Below, in pieces: positions 10,874 through 22,239 of a stretch of DNA of 64,000 bases; position 1 is the stretch's first letter, and each line of letters opens with the position of its first letter. The DNA is from an uncultured virus (IMG/VR IMGVR_UViG_3300001282_000003) (taxonomy: Duplodnaviria; Heunggongvirae; Uroviricota; Caudoviricetes), in the IMG/VR virus record IMGVR_UViG_3300001282_000003; one strand, given 5' to 3'. The notes below the pieces were generated by a model, which saw only the letters and a program-made list of their open reading frames with translations, did not search any database and was not told where the DNA came from. The position numbers were made by a program, and so were the translations under genes.

Positions 10874-12077
10874 GTTAAGTAATAATTATTTATTTGAAAA
10901 TTATTTAGAATCTGATGAAAATAATAGAGATATAAATATCTATAAGATGTCTAACTCTCAGTTAGTTGGTGATTTATTTTATCCAAATTGTTTAATATAT
11001 TCAAATAATGAAGTTGTCAATCCAATAAATGAAAAAGTAATGTCTTTGAAAGATTTGGATTCTAATAGAGAGTTTGAATTAAATAAAGTTGATATTGTAG
11101 ATACATTTGAAGAACCTGTTTTTTTCTTTATATACAATACAGATAATTACTATCACTTTGTGTATGATACACTTCCATATCTTATAACATATAATCAATT
11201 AAAAGGCAAAATTAATAATTTAAAGTTATTAATGAATTATCCAAATTATGAGTCTACTAAATTATATCCTTTTGTAAAAGAGTTTTTAGAAATTCTTGAT
11301 ATAAAAGATGGAGATATAATAATCGCAAAAGATAATGTTTTATATAAAAGTGTTTATATATCTTCATCTTTTACACATGGTATTGATTCTAATTTACCTC
11401 CAAGAAAAGAGGTATATGATTTTTATAAAAAAATTGTTAATATAGTTAATTCTAAATATGATGATAATAAAATATATCCTAGTAAAATATACATATCAAG
11501 AAGAAGTTGGATTCACAATGACATGTCAAATATTGGTACAAACTATACATCAAAAAGAAAATTAGTAAATGAAGATGAGTTAGTGGATTTACTAAATTTA
11601 AATGGATATGAAGAAGTTTTTACTGAGAATCTATCAACCATTAAAAAGATACAAATGTTCTCTAAAGCAGAAATTGTTATTGGTGCTATAGGTGGTGGTT
11701 TATGTAATGTTTTATTTTCAAATGAAAATACAAATTTAATAGCTTTAATATCACCTACATTTTTAGATGTTAATAATAGATTTCTATATAGTTTTTCAAA
11801 AGTTAAAACTACTTTATTTAATGATGCTTCACATTTAGAAAAGAGTGATTGGAAAAAATATATGAGAGTTAAAACAAATACTGGAATAGTAGGTGAAATA
11901 GAAGATATTATAGATGATAAATTAAAAATAATTTACACCGATAAAAAAATAGCTGGGTGGAATAGTCAATTAAACCTTAACAATATTATTGTTGACATGA
12001 TAGATTGTGAGAAATTAGATGATGGATTAAATTCACCTTGGTTAATAAATATTAAAAAACTAAAATATGAAATTTAA
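10860..12077 (+). CDS. GT61 (DUF563-like) glycosyltransferase
   Basis: NYYHFVYDTLP, KIYISRR, RKLVNEDE, IQMFSKAEIVIGAIGGGLCN. Confidence 0.8.
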   Translation: MIISELSNNYLFENYLESDENNRDINIYKMSNSQLVGDLFYPNCLIYSNNEVVNPINEKVMSLKDLDSNREFELNKVDIVDTFEEPVFFFIYNTDNYYHFVYDTLPYLITYNQLKGKINNLKLLMNYPNYESTKLYPFVKEFLEILDIKDGDIIIAKDNVLYKSVYISSSFTHGIDSNLPPRKEVYDFYKKIVNIVNSKYDDNKIYPSKIYISRRSWIHNDMSNIGTNYTSKRKLVNEDELVDLLNLNGYEEVFTENLSTIKKIQMFSKAEIVIGAIGGGLCNVLFSNENTNLIALISPTFLDVNNRFLYSFSKVKTTLFNDASHLEKSDWKKYMRVKTNTGIVGEIEDIIDDKLKIIYTDKKIAGWNSQLNLNNIIVDMIDCEKLDDGLNSPWLINIKKLKYEI

Positions 12078-12780
12078 AAATTTAACATTTATAGGAAACT
12101 CTCATATCAGTCAGTTTTTTTTAATTAAAAGTTCTTATGGAATAAATGCTGATAGACTACAGTTTCCTGGAGCTAGTATAAAAGGTCTACTCAAGACGGA
12201 TTCAACCATTGGATTATCAAATATGATAAGATCATATAACTTTAGTGATAAATTGGCAATATTTATATTAGGACAATGTGATATTGAATTTGGTTATTAC
12301 TATAAATCAGTTATTAACAATGAAAAGATTAATATTGACTTTTTCATTTCAGATTTAGTAAAGAAATATGATATGTATCTATCAAGTCTTTCTTTTGATT
12401 TTGTTGTCGTTGGAATAAATCCTTGCGTTTCTGATGATATTAGACATAATTTTTATGTAAACTTTGAAGATACTTTTTGTTATGATACCAATCAATTTAA
12501 TGAAACCGGAACTTTAAATAATCAAATTAAATTTGAAGATTATTTACATATTTATAATGACTCTTTAGAAGATAGAAATAAAATACATAAAATGTTCAAT
12601 AAAGAACTAAAAGATATGTGTGATTATAAAGGTTATAAGTTTGTAGATATATGGGATGATATTACAACAAATGATGTGATTAATAGTGAATTTAAGTTGG
12701 ATAAAGTAGATCATCATCTTAAAGAGTCAGAAGAACTTTTTAATATTTTGTATAAAAAAATATTAAAATTATATGAGTAA
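12067..12780 (+). CDS. SGNH/GDSL-like hydrolase (putative O-acyl esterase/transferase)
   Basis: FIGNSH, LGQCD and C-terminal DHH. Confidence 0.55.
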   Translation: MKFKNLTFIGNSHISQFFLIKSSYGINADRLQFPGASIKGLLKTDSTIGLSNMIRSYNFSDKLAIFILGQCDIEFGYYYKSVINNEKINIDFFISDLVKKYDMYLSSLSFDFVVVGINPCVSDDIRHNFYVNFEDTFCYDTNQFNETGTLNNQIKFEDYLHIYNDSLEDRNKIHKMFNKELKDMCDYKGYKFVDIWDDITTNDVINSEFKLDKVDHHLKESEELFNILYKKILKLYE

Positions 12781-13699
12781 GATAATTTATAATATAGAAA
12801 ATAGAGGCTCCGCTTTTATATATCACTGGTTTATTTTTATGATAGCTGGTCTAAGACATATAAAAGATAAAAAACCAACATCTGGAACAGATGGTGTTGG
12901 TCGACTTCAAAGAAATATTGAACTTTATAATCCAGAACTGGATAAACCACCTTATAAAATATACATATCAAATGAATTGGGTGGAATGTTTTCATATCCA
13001 AAAAATGACTATCAGCGACAAACAATTGAGTTATTAAAAGATGATTTTATATTTATTGAAAAGTCTGAAATAAATGAGAATGATATAGTAATTAATAATT
13101 ATGGAGAGCCTTTATATTTTATTGATGGTGATGATGCTCATAACGGCTATGTTAGTAATTTGAATGATTCAAATTCACACATCTATAAATCAAAAGATGG
13201 TTATCAATTTTTGAGAGATTTAGGTGAAAAATTAATAGTTACGGAGGATGATATTAATAATTATAAAAATAAAAAGTTTTTTCTATCTAGAAGTAAATCA
13301 CACTTATTAGATGGCAATAGCTCCGCTGGTCAAATAAAAAGAAGACAAATTATAAATGAAGTTGAATTTCAAAATCAATTAAAAAAATATGATATAGATT
13401 TTATTTTTTTAGAAGATTATACACTAGAGGAAAAAATTAAAATATTTAAACTTTCAGATTTAATAATATCACCAAATAGTGGCGGATTGTTATTTGCTTT
13501 ATATTCTAGTGAGTCTACTAATATAATTGAATTGAATGTTGAAACACCTCATCAAATAAGTAAACAATACTATGATATATGTAATTCTTTTAATATACCA
13601 TATACAAAATTTATATGTGATAAAGTAGACCAAAATGATAATATGTCAGTTAATATTAATGACTTTATTTCATTAATAAAAAATAAAGATTTAATATGA
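12773..13699 (+). CDS. GT61 (DUF563-like) glycosyltransferase
   Basis: IYHWF, FFLSR, RQIINE, KIFKLSDLIISPNSGGL. Confidence 0.75.
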   Translation: MSKIIYNIENRGSAFIYHWFIFMIAGLRHIKDKKPTSGTDGVGRLQRNIELYNPELDKPPYKIYISNELGGMFSYPKNDYQRQTIELLKDDFIFIEKSEINENDIVINNYGEPLYFIDGDDAHNGYVSNLNDSNSHIYKSKDGYQFLRDLGEKLIVTEDDINNYKNKKFFLSRSKSHLLDGNSSAGQIKRRQIINEVEFQNQLKKYDIDFIFLEDYTLEEKIKIFKLSDLIISPNSGGLLFALYSSESTNIIELNVETPHQISKQYYDICNSFNIPYTKFICDKVDQNDNMSVNINDFISLIKNKDLI

Positions 13700-14514
13700 T
13701 ATTAAACGAACAAATACAAAATATAGAATATTGTCCATTTATAAATACTGAAAAATCTATAATTGAGTCTATTAAAAATAATTTAGACATTATATCTGAT
13801 GAGTATGAATTGATGCCCTATCCACTAGCTCATTGGATTAATACAATTGGTGTTAATCAAACTAATCAAATTTTATCAAACCTAAATAGTGATAAAAAAA
13901 GAGTTTTTATATGCCAACATAATTTTGTAGGTAATTTGAAATTTAATGATACTGATTTAGTTTTTACGCCGCATTCATCTGATAGTGATAATTTTATATC
14001 AATACCTCACATTGCTATAAATTGGAATCAAGATTATATTAAAGATGATAAAAAATTTAAATTTTCATTTTTAGGATCATCCAAGACACACACAACAAGA
14101 CAACAGTTGATAGATTTATATCCAGAAAGTTGTTTTGATTCTGGTCAATATTGGGGATTAGATAAAAATATGACCAGGGAGTTTAATGATAAATATATAA
14201 AAATGATAGGTGATTCTTATTTTTCTTTATGTCCAAGAGGTACTGGGATTTCAACTGTTAGATTATTTGAAAGTGTATACATGAATTCAATTCCAGTTAT
14301 AATAGCCGATGGGTATAAAAAACCAATTTCAGATATAATAAATTGGGATGAATTTTCAATAACTATTAAAGAAGAAGATATAAATAAATTAGAAGATATA
14401 ATTAACTCTATAACTGACGATGAAATAATCAAAAAGCAAGAAAAACTAAAATTTATTAATGATAATTATATTAATAATAATATCATTAATATAATTTTAA
14501 AAAAATTAAAATAA
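13696..14514 (+). CDS. exostosin-like GT47 glycosyltransferase
   Basis: FSFLGS, FSLCPRGTGISTVRLFESV..SIPV, INWDEF. Confidence 0.8.
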   Translation: MILNEQIQNIEYCPFINTEKSIIESIKNNLDIISDEYELMPYPLAHWINTIGVNQTNQILSNLNSDKKRVFICQHNFVGNLKFNDTDLVFTPHSSDSDNFISIPHIAINWNQDYIKDDKKFKFSFLGSSKTHTTRQQLIDLYPESCFDSGQYWGLDKNMTREFNDKYIKMIGDSYFSLCPRGTGISTVRLFESVYMNSIPVIIADGYKKPISDIINWDEFSITIKEEDINKLEDIINSITDDEIIKKQEKLKFINDNYINNNIINIILKKLK

Positions 14515-14515
14515 A

Positions 14516-15256
14516 ATGGAAAATAAAAATATTTTTACAAATTCTAAATTACTCACTTTCTTAGATGAATTTAATATTCTTTACTCAAGAAGACCTATTG
14601 AAGATAATTCTGGTGGCATGAAATCAGCACATCTATTTCCTTTGTATTGTTATTTACAGATGATGAAACCTGAGTTAATAATAGAAAGTGGTGTTTATAA
14701 AGGTCAAGGAACTTGGTTCATTAGAGAATGTTGTCCTTATAGTAAAATAGTTTCAATTGATATTAGTTTTGGTAATCTAAAAGTTAGAGATGATAAAACT
14801 ATCTATATGGAAAAAGATATATCTCAAATAGGATTGAAAGAAATTGTAAAAGACTACGATCTTGATAAGGTTTTGATTTTCTTTGATGATCATCAAGATT
14901 TTAATAAAAGATTAGAATTATTACTAGAATGTGGTATTAAAAATTTAATATTTGAGGATAACTATCCCTTTAACCAAGGTGATTGTATATCTCCTAAAAA
15001 AATAGTTGAGCCTTTTGATTTTTATGTAAATGAAAATTTAATAAAATTAGACAATAGAGATTATATCTTATCAAAGATAGAACATTATGAGGAATTCCCA
15101 CCAATATTTAAAGATAATAAAACAAGATGGGGTAATGAATGGTCATATAAAACAAGAGATCCATTATTATCTGATGATGATGTAAAAAAATATAATGTGT
15201 TTTACAATGAAAGGTTTGATTATACCTGGATTTGTTATTTAAAATTAAAAAATTAA
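14516..15256 (+). CDS. putative class I SAM-dependent methyltransferase-like protein
   Basis: LIIESGVYKGQGT, IVSID, FFDDH, FEDNY. Confidence 0.55.
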   Translation: MENKNIFTNSKLLTFLDEFNILYSRRPIEDNSGGMKSAHLFPLYCYLQMMKPELIIESGVYKGQGTWFIRECCPYSKIVSIDISFGNLKVRDDKTIYMEKDISQIGLKEIVKDYDLDKVLIFFDDHQDFNKRLELLLECGIKNLIFEDNYPFNQGDCISPKKIVEPFDFYVNENLIKLDNRDYILSKIEHYEEFPPIFKDNKTRWGNEWSYKTRDPLLSDDDVKKYNVFYNERFDYTWICYLKLKN

Positions 15257-15259
15257 AAT

Positions 15260-15859
15260 ATGAATATAAAATACTTAGGAACAGAATACGGTGGTTGGGT
15301 GATTGACTTAGACTCTATTAATAATGGCGATGTTATAATTTGTGGTGGTGTAGGTGAAGATATATCTTTTGAAGAAGAACTTTTAAAATATAAAGATATT
15401 ACTATAATAGAAATTGATCCAACTGAAAAAAGTCATAGATTTTTAGAAAGTAGATTGAATGATAAAATGAAGTTAATCAAAGGCGCTATTGAATCTGATG
15501 ATAAAACCCATGTTAAAATTTATAAAAATAAATTCCCTGACTATGTTAGTGAATCCGTTAATACGACACATTCTTATGTTTATGATGATTTTCATGAGGT
15601 TGAAGTTATCTCTATTAAAAAACTAAAAGATGAATATAAACCTTCTTTTATAAAATTAGACATAGAAGGATCTGAATATAATGTATTGGAAGAATGTATT
15701 GGTATAAATCAAGTTTGTGTTGAATTTCATCATCATTGTTTATCTGATAAAAGTTACGAAGATACAATGAGGTTAGTAAATATGTTTTTAGAAAATAATT
15801 ATCAAATAATAGATAATAGAAAAAATTATCAAGAATTAACATTTCTTTTAAAAAAATAA
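15260..15859 (+). CDS. FkbM-family methyltransferase
   Basis: YGGW, GVGEDISFE, IDPT, IKLDIEGSEY, VEFHH. Confidence 0.85.
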   Translation: MNIKYLGTEYGGWVIDLDSINNGDVIICGGVGEDISFEEELLKYKDITIIEIDPTEKSHRFLESRLNDKMKLIKGAIESDDKTHVKIYKNKFPDYVSESVNTTHSYVYDDFHEVEVISIKKLKDEYKPSFIKLDIEGSEYNVLEECIGINQVCVEFHHHCLSDKSYEDTMRLVNMFLENNYQIIDNRKNYQELTFLLKK

Positions 15860-15860
15860 T

Positions 15861-17159
15861 ATGTGTGGAATAAGCGTTTTATATTCTAAAAGTCCAAAAG
15901 ATAACTCTGATTTTTATTTAAAGCATAGAGGTCCTGATTCTTATTCTAGTTTGGAAAAAGATAAATTTTTCATGGCTCATTATCTTTTACATTTAACAGG
16001 TGATGTTACAAATCAACCAGTAAATGATGAGGATATTTATTGTGTTTTTAATGGTGAGATTTATAACTACAAAGACTTTGGAGATTTTAAATCAGACTCA
16101 TATTCTATAATTGAGTCATATAAAAAAAATGGCGATTTATTTGTTAAAGAATTAGATGGTGAGTTTGCTATATTTTTAATAGATTTTAAGAAAAAGTTTA
16201 TTTATATCTCATCTGATGTTTTTGGTATCAAACCAATATATTATAGTACTAATAATGGATTTGGTGTTTCTAGCTATAAATCTTTTTTAGCATCAAATGG
16301 GTTTGACAATATAATTAGATTAGAACCAAATACAACATTAAAATTAGATTTTAACTTCAATGAGGTTGATAGATTTACAGTTTATGATTTTGAATTGAAA
16401 CAATATAAAAATAACTTTGATGATTGGGAAAAAGCTTTTATTGATTCTGTCTCAAAAAGGTTTAAGAGTATAAACTATAAAATAGTTTTACCTTTGAGTA
16501 GTGGTAATGATTCAGGTGCTATAGCATGTGCTTTAAATTTGTTAAATATTGATTATACATCATATTCATACTTGAGAAATGAGGATGTTGATGTTATCAA
16601 TGGTAGGCTAAATATAAATAAAAACACAACTAAAATTGTTAAGTCAGATCCTATTGATTTTAACTCAGTTAAATCAAAAATGTCCTTAAATTGTGAACAA
16701 TTTTACTATGGATATGACTATGATGTAAATCAAAGTAATGGATTTGATGATCCAGGAGCATTAGGATTATATAATTTACTTTTTGAGTTAAAACAAAATA
16801 ATTCCGATTTAAAAGTTTTAGCATCAGGTCAGGGCTCTGATGAGATTATGAGTAATGTACAAGCTTATAAATTTAGAAATTCGAACCCAGAGGTATTTCC
16901 AAATTCTCTTGAAGAGGTATTTCCTTGGGAAAATTTTTATAAAGGAGCACAATCATCTTATTTATCAAAAGAAGAGTTTATAACCGGATCTTTAGGTATT
17001 GAAGGTAGATATCCTTTTCTTGATAAAAAAGTAGTACAAGAATTTTTATCATTATCACCTGAGTTAAAAAACTCAGCCTTCAAATCACCCACATATAATT
17101 TTTTATTAAAAAATAATTACCCTATAAATAATATAAAAAAAGGATTTAATCCAATGTAA
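15861..17159 (+). CDS. asparagine synthetase B-like glutamine amidotransferase
   Basis: N-terminal MCGI, HRGPD, FNGEIYNY, GIKPIYY, LSSGNDS, SGQGSDE, RYPFLD. Confidence 0.9.
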   Translation: MCGISVLYSKSPKDNSDFYLKHRGPDSYSSLEKDKFFMAHYLLHLTGDVTNQPVNDEDIYCVFNGEIYNYKDFGDFKSDSYSIIESYKKNGDLFVKELDGEFAIFLIDFKKKFIYISSDVFGIKPIYYSTNNGFGVSSYKSFLASNGFDNIIRLEPNTTLKLDFNFNEVDRFTVYDFELKQYKNNFDDWEKAFIDSVSKRFKSINYKIVLPLSSGNDSGAIACALNLLNIDYTSYSYLRNEDVDVINGRLNINKNTTKIVKSDPIDFNSVKSKMSLNCEQFYYGYDYDVNQSNGFDDPGALGLYNLLFELKQNNSDLKVLASGQGSDEIMSNVQAYKFRNSNPEVFPNSLEEVFPWENFYKGAQSSYLSKEEFITGSLGIEGRYPFLDKKVVQEFLSLSPELKNSAFKSPTYNFLLKNNYPINNIKKGFNPM

Positions 17160-17160
17160 T

Positions 17161-18015
17161 ATGAGAAGAGAAAGTTTAATATTTTTAGGATGGAATGCCT
17201 ATGGAGATTTTTTAAGTTATAATGGAATGATAAGATTTCTATTAAATTATTTTGATAAAATTTATATTAAAGCTGATAATAATTTTTTAGATTATTTAAA
17301 TGATTTATATAATGATGTTCTAGATAGAGTAATATTTGTATCAATTGATAATGTTATTAACATAGCTAGTAATAAAAAAACACCGGTATTAAATTTAATT
17401 CAATACGTTGATTTTGATGAAAATGGTGTGACTTCTATAGTAAATGCTGACAAATTTCAAAATATAAGTCTTAAAAGCATAGTGCCTTCTGAACTATATT
17501 TTAATGGAGATAATAAGATATCTGGGCTTCTTAATTTAGGACCAGAATATACAAACTCAAATCTTGATTATATAGATAATGCTTCGAATTTTTATACTAA
17601 TGTAGGATTAAATCCAGAAATAAGATATAAGTATTTTTATTACAATAGATTAATAAATGGCGAAGATAACTTATATAAGGAACTATTAGTGAAAAATAAT
17701 ATATCAGTTGAAGAAGATTATATTGTTATCTGTGATACAGATACAAACAAAATCAGAGATGAATATAAAAACATAAAATATGTTAATATAGATTTTTGTA
17801 CTAATCGTCCTCTACAATTAATAACTTTATTAGAGAATGCTAAAGAAATACATTTAATTGATAATTCAAATGTTTTGTTTTTATACTATTTACAGATGGC
17901 TGGATTAACCAAATTTGATAATGTGACTATACATATTTATAGTAGAAATAGATTCGAATATTATTATAAAATGTTTATGAATCCTAAAATTGAAAGCTGG
18001 AAAATTATTTTTTAA
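17161..18015 (+). CDS. hypothetical glycan-cluster protein (possible GT-B fold)
   Basis: YGD..NGMIR N-terminus and NAKEIHLIDNS; cluster context. Confidence 0.5.
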   Translation: MRRESLIFLGWNAYGDFLSYNGMIRFLLNYFDKIYIKADNNFLDYLNDLYNDVLDRVIFVSIDNVINIASNKKTPVLNLIQYVDFDENGVTSIVNADKFQNISLKSIVPSELYFNGDNKISGLLNLGPEYTNSNLDYIDNASNFYTNVGLNPEIRYKYFYYNRLINGEDNLYKELLVKNNISVEEDYIVICDTDTNKIRDEYKNIKYVNIDFCTNRPLQLITLLENAKEIHLIDNSNVLFLYYLQMAGLTKFDNVTIHIYSRNRFEYYYKMFMNPKIESWKIIF

Positions 18016-18016
18016 T

Positions 18017-18700
18017 ATGAAAACATATATATGTCATTATCCTAAATTAAAAGAAAGAATAGACTATCTAATTCCTGATCTTAATAACAAAGGATTGAAA
18101 GAAATTGAAGTAATAAATGGAATTGATAGAAACAATGTGAATGAATTCCATTTATTAAAATTCTCAAATGATACTAATTTAGTTAAAGATAGATTAAAAT
18201 ACACAAACTGCCCACCAAATTATGATATCTTAAAAGAATCTGAAAAAGTTATAGTTGCTAATTTTTTAACACACTTAGAGATATGGGAAAGAATATCTAA
18301 ATCAGATGAAAAGTATTGTTTAGTTTTAGAAGATGATGCTGTTATATGCGATGATTTTATTTCAAATTGGAATAAATTAAAATCAAATATACCAAATAAT
18401 TTAGACATATCATATTTACATGAAGGTTGTGGCTTTACTGTACAAAATAAATTATTTATCGAAACTAATGAGAATCAAATTTGGTACGACTGTTGGTTAA
18501 AAGAATCAAGAACATGTTGTTCTTATATTATTTCTAAAGATTTTTGTAATAAAATTTTATCTGATTTATATCCTATTGTATTGGGTGTAGACCATGAACT
18601 TAACTATATACAAAAGAAATTAAATGCTAATGTTTACTGGACATATCCAGCTTTATTTAAAGAGGGATCGGGTAACATATATAAAAGTAGTATAAGATAA
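18017..18700 (+). CDS. GT25-family glycosyltransferase
   Basis: ER, H..IW, LVLEDD, CSYIIS, VDH; start moved to ATG 18017 just after the upstream stop. Confidence 0.8.
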   Translation: MKTYICHYPKLKERIDYLIPDLNNKGLKEIEVINGIDRNNVNEFHLLKFSNDTNLVKDRLKYTNCPPNYDILKESEKVIVANFLTHLEIWERISKSDEKYCLVLEDDAVICDDFISNWNKLKSNIPNNLDISYLHEGCGFTVQNKLFIETNENQIWYDCWLKESRTCCSYIISKDFCNKILSDLYPIVLGVDHELNYIQKKLNANVYWTYPALFKEGSGNIYKSSIR

Positions 18701-19383
18701 TGAATAAAGTACTAACATTCTATTCTGATAGTCATTCAGTTTTATACAATGATTATTTTTTAAAATCATATAATAAATATTTATCTAAAAATTATACTCT
18801 ATTAACAAAAAAAATAGACCAACTATCACCTAGTGGTGATTGGGCATCTACTGGTTTTGACAAAACAATGATGGAAAAAGTTAAATGGATTATACAAAAT
18901 ATTGATTTGAATGATAATGTTTATTTAGTTTTTGCTGATTGTGATGTTCAGTTTTTTGGAGATTTGGAATTTGATCTATCATCACATGATATTTTATTTC
19001 AACATGACTACTATGAAAATAATTATTGCGCTGGATTTTTTATTTGTAAACAAAATAAAAAAGTATTGGATTTTTTCAATTTAGTTTACGATGTTTTTAA
19101 TTCAAATATGAATGGTAAAATTGATGATCAGGCTATAGTTAATAATCTATTAAATAATAAATCCTTGAACTTAGATTTGGCTTTTGGAACTTTACCACAT
19201 GATAAATATTGGACTATTGCTTTTTCTACAAATGGTGTTGTTTGGGATGGACAAGATGTTAATTGTCCAGATACTATAATAGTACATCATGCTAATTTTA
19301 CAATAGGAACTGATAATAAAATAAAATTAATGAATGAAGTCAAAAAAATAATCAGTGATAAAAAAACAATAACTAATAAATGA
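18700..19383 (+). CDS. nucleotide-diphospho-sugar transferase (GT77-like), paralog of 9400..10017
   Basis: FADCDVQFF, YCAGFF, DDQ, HHANFT..KI. Confidence 0.75.
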   Translation: MNKVLTFYSDSHSVLYNDYFLKSYNKYLSKNYTLLTKKIDQLSPSGDWASTGFDKTMMEKVKWIIQNIDLNDNVYLVFADCDVQFFGDLEFDLSSHDILFQHDYYENNYCAGFFICKQNKKVLDFFNLVYDVFNSNMNGKIDDQAIVNNLLNNKSLNLDLAFGTLPHDKYWTIAFSTNGVVWDGQDVNCPDTIIVHHANFTIGTDNKIKLMNEVKKIISDKKTITNK

Positions 19384-20822
19384 AAGTCGCACTATTAATA
19401 TCCGGGTATATAAGAACTTTTGAATTAAATTTATCTTCACTTGAAGAAAAAATATTATCAAAATTTAATAATGTTGATATTTTTTTACATATAACAAGAG
19501 AAGAAAATGAACAAGATAAATATCTAAATATTATTAAAACTGAAGATATAGATAAAATCAAATCTATTCTGAAACCAAAGATTGTAATAGAAGAAGATAA
19601 TTTATTTTTATCATCTGATAGTAGAGTAAATAACACTATTAATACTTGGTTGAAATATTACAAATTAAATCAGTTAAAGAAAAACTATGAAGATGTTTTT
19701 GGTGAATATGACTTAGTTATAAAATATAGACCAGACTTAAACATAGAGTCTGATATATCATTTGATATAGAGCCTGATACTATTTATATACCAAATGATA
19801 GTAAAATTGATAAGTTAAAACTAATTAATAATGACGATAGTTATATATGTGATATATTTGCTTATGGTGATTCTAAATCAATGAATACTTATTTTGACTT
19901 ATATAAAAATATATCATATCTTATAGAAAAATATGGTCCTATTTCAGAAACTGTTTTATTTAATTATTTAAATGATTTTAATATAAACTATAAAATAGAA
20001 GATATAAAATACAATATTATACTTTCACTTTGTAATATCTTTGCTATCTGTGGTGATTCAGGCTCTGGTAAAACAACAATAGGTAATTTATTAAAAAAAT
20101 ACTTCTCAAGTTCATTCATGCTTGAGTGTGATAGATATCATAAATGGGAAAGAGGAAATGATAATTGGAAAAGTATAACACATTTGAATCCAGATGCCAA
20201 TTATATAGCTAAAATGAATGATGATATTTTTGATCTTAAAATAGGAAAATCAATATACCAGGTTGATTACGACCATCACAGTGGTAAATTCACAGAAAAA
20301 GAAAAAATTGAAACCTCTGATAATATAATTGTTTGTGGACTACACAGTTTATATTCAAAAAATGATTCAGTTTATAATCTTAAAATTTTTATGGACACTA
20401 ATATAAATCTAAAGTACTCTTGGAAAATAAAGAGAGATACTACTGAAAGAGGATATTCTTTAGATAAAATTTTAAATCAAATAAAATCAAGAGAAACAGA
20501 TTATATAGATTATATCTATCCTCAAAGAGAAAAATCAGATGTTATAATTAATTTTACAACTGATGATAAATTTGAAATAAACAACATTGATAAAGAACTT
20601 AATGTTTACTTAAATATCTATTTTAATAAAAAGATAAACCTTTCTAATATAATAAACAGTCTTATTAAACATAATATAAATTTATCGTTAAATGAGGAAG
20701 ACAAATTCAACAAATTAACTTTTACTGAATATAAAAACTGCGAACTATTCAATAAAACAAAATTTCATAATTTTTATGATTATATCATGTACATACTATT
20801 GAATATTCAAAGTAAAAAATAA
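19380..20822 (+). CDS. fusion of a putative GT-like domain and a phosphoribulokinase/uridine kinase-like P-loop kinase
   Basis: N-terminal KVALLISGYIR...YDLVIKYRPD...DIFAYG; C-terminal GDSGSGKTT, ECDRYHKWER, YDHHSGKF, KRDTTERG, YIYPQ. Confidence 0.75.
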   Translation: MKVALLISGYIRTFELNLSSLEEKILSKFNNVDIFLHITREENEQDKYLNIIKTEDIDKIKSILKPKIVIEEDNLFLSSDSRVNNTINTWLKYYKLNQLKKNYEDVFGEYDLVIKYRPDLNIESDISFDIEPDTIYIPNDSKIDKLKLINNDDSYICDIFAYGDSKSMNTYFDLYKNISYLIEKYGPISETVLFNYLNDFNINYKIEDIKYNIILSLCNIFAICGDSGSGKTTIGNLLKKYFSSSFMLECDRYHKWERGNDNWKSITHLNPDANYIAKMNDDIFDLKIGKSIYQVDYDHHSGKFTEKEKIETSDNIIVCGLHSLYSKNDSVYNLKIFMDTNINLKYSWKIKRDTTERGYSLDKILNQIKSRETDYIDYIYPQREKSDVIINFTTDDKFEINNIDKELNVYLNIYFNKKINLSNIINSLIKHNINLSLNEEDKFNKLTFTEYKNCELFNKTKFHNFYDYIMYILLNIQSKK

Positions 20823-20828
20823 AATTAT

Positions 20829-21482
20829 ATGGTATACGATTTATTAAAATTATCAAATCAGCTATCAAAATATGTAATAGGTGCGGAAGGTAATGTTTCT
20901 TGTAAATCTGATAATGGATTTTATATAAAAGCAAGTGGTAAACCTTTATCAAACTTATCGGAATCTGATTTAGTTTTTTGTAACAATGATGGTACTTATT
21001 TAAGTAATAATCTAAAACCTAGTATTGAAACAGGATTTCATTCTTGGTTACTAAATAATCTAGATATTAACTTTGTAGCTCATACACATCCTATAAACAC
21101 ATTAAAAGTATTGTGTAGTGATGAAATTTATAACTTCTCTAAATATAGACTATTTCCTGACCAAGTTGTTTTTAATGGACCTGAATCTTGCCTTGTCGAA
21201 TACTTTCATCCAGGTGATGAATTAGTTAGTGCTATTAAAGACTCTGTTAATACTTATGTCAGTAAATATGAGTTACTACCAAAAATTATTTTATTGAAAA
21301 ATCACGGAATAATAACTTTTGGTAAAACAATAAATGAATGTATAATTGCTTCGGAAATGTGTGAGAAGTCGGCAGAAATATTTTTAGGATCATTATTCAG
21401 TCCAAAATATTTAAGTGAATCTGATATTAATAAAATTGTATCTGATGATAAAGAAAAATATAGACAAGAAAATTACAAATGA
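20829..21482 (+). CDS. class II aldolase/adducin family (ribulose-5-P epimerase/fuculose aldolase-like)
   Basis: EGNVS, IKASG, KPSIETGFH, AHTHP, LKNHGI. Confidence 0.88.
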   Translation: MVYDLLKLSNQLSKYVIGAEGNVSCKSDNGFYIKASGKPLSNLSESDLVFCNNDGTYLSNNLKPSIETGFHSWLLNNLDINFVAHTHPINTLKVLCSDEIYNFSKYRLFPDQVVFNGPESCLVEYFHPGDELVSAIKDSVNTYVSKYELLPKIILLKNHGIITFGKTINECIIASEMCEKSAEIFLGSLFSPKYLSESDINKIVSDDKEKYRQENYK

Positions 21483-21781
21483 AAAATAAAGTAATATATG
21501 TAGATATCGATGAAACGATATGTGAAACTCCTGATAAACCAAGAGTTTATTCTAATGCTAAACCTATAAAAGAAAATATTGAAAAAATTAATAAACTTTA
21601 TGATGATGGTCATACAATAGTTTATTGGACAGCTAGAGGAAGCAGAACAAATATTAATTGGTATAATTTAACAAAAAAACAATTAGATGATTGGGGCGCT
21701 AAACATCATGAATTGAGAGTTGATAAACCATACTATGACATGTTTATTGATGATAAAAATCTAAGAATAGAAGAAGTATGA
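21479..21781 (+). CDS. small HAD phosphatase (capsule biosynthesis type)
   Basis: VDIDETIC, WTARG, KP..D.FIDDK. Confidence 0.85.
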   Translation: MKNKVIYVDIDETICETPDKPRVYSNAKPIKENIEKINKLYDDGHTIVYWTARGSRTNINWYNLTKKQLDDWGAKHHELRVDKPYYDMFIDDKNLRIEEV

Positions 21782-22239
21782 AGTTAATATCGCATAGAGG
21801 AAACTATAATGGGATTTACCCAGAGAGAGAAAATAAACCATCTTATATTGATACTACAATATCAATGGGTTATGATGTTGAAGTTGATGTAAGATACATT
21901 AATAATAAATTTTATTTAGGACATGATACTCCAGATACTATAATATCTGAAAGTTGGATTTTAGATAGAAAAGATAATATTTGGTTTCATTGTAAAGATT
22001 TATACTCTGCTCAACAATTCAAAAAAATGAATTGTGGTATAAAATACTTTTGTCACTCTAGTGATGATTTTGTTTTAACAAGTACAAATCATATATGGGT
22101 TCATAATTTAGAACTAAAATTAGATGAGACTTGTATAATACCTTTACTTGATGAAGAAAGTATTGAAAATTATGACAATCAATTAGTTTATGCTGTTTGT
22201 ACGGATTTTATAAACATATGTAAAAGTAAAGGAATGTAA
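21778..22239 (+). CDS. GDPD/PI-PLC-like phosphodiesterase
   Basis: ISHRGN, EN, DVEVDV, LGHD, WFHCK, VCTD. Confidence 0.8.
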   Translation: MKLISHRGNYNGIYPERENKPSYIDTTISMGYDVEVDVRYINNKFYLGHDTPDTIISESWILDRKDNIWFHCKDLYSAQQFKKMNCGIKYFCHSSDDFVLTSTNHIWVHNLELKLDETCIIPLLDEESIENYDNQLVYAVCTDFINICKSKGM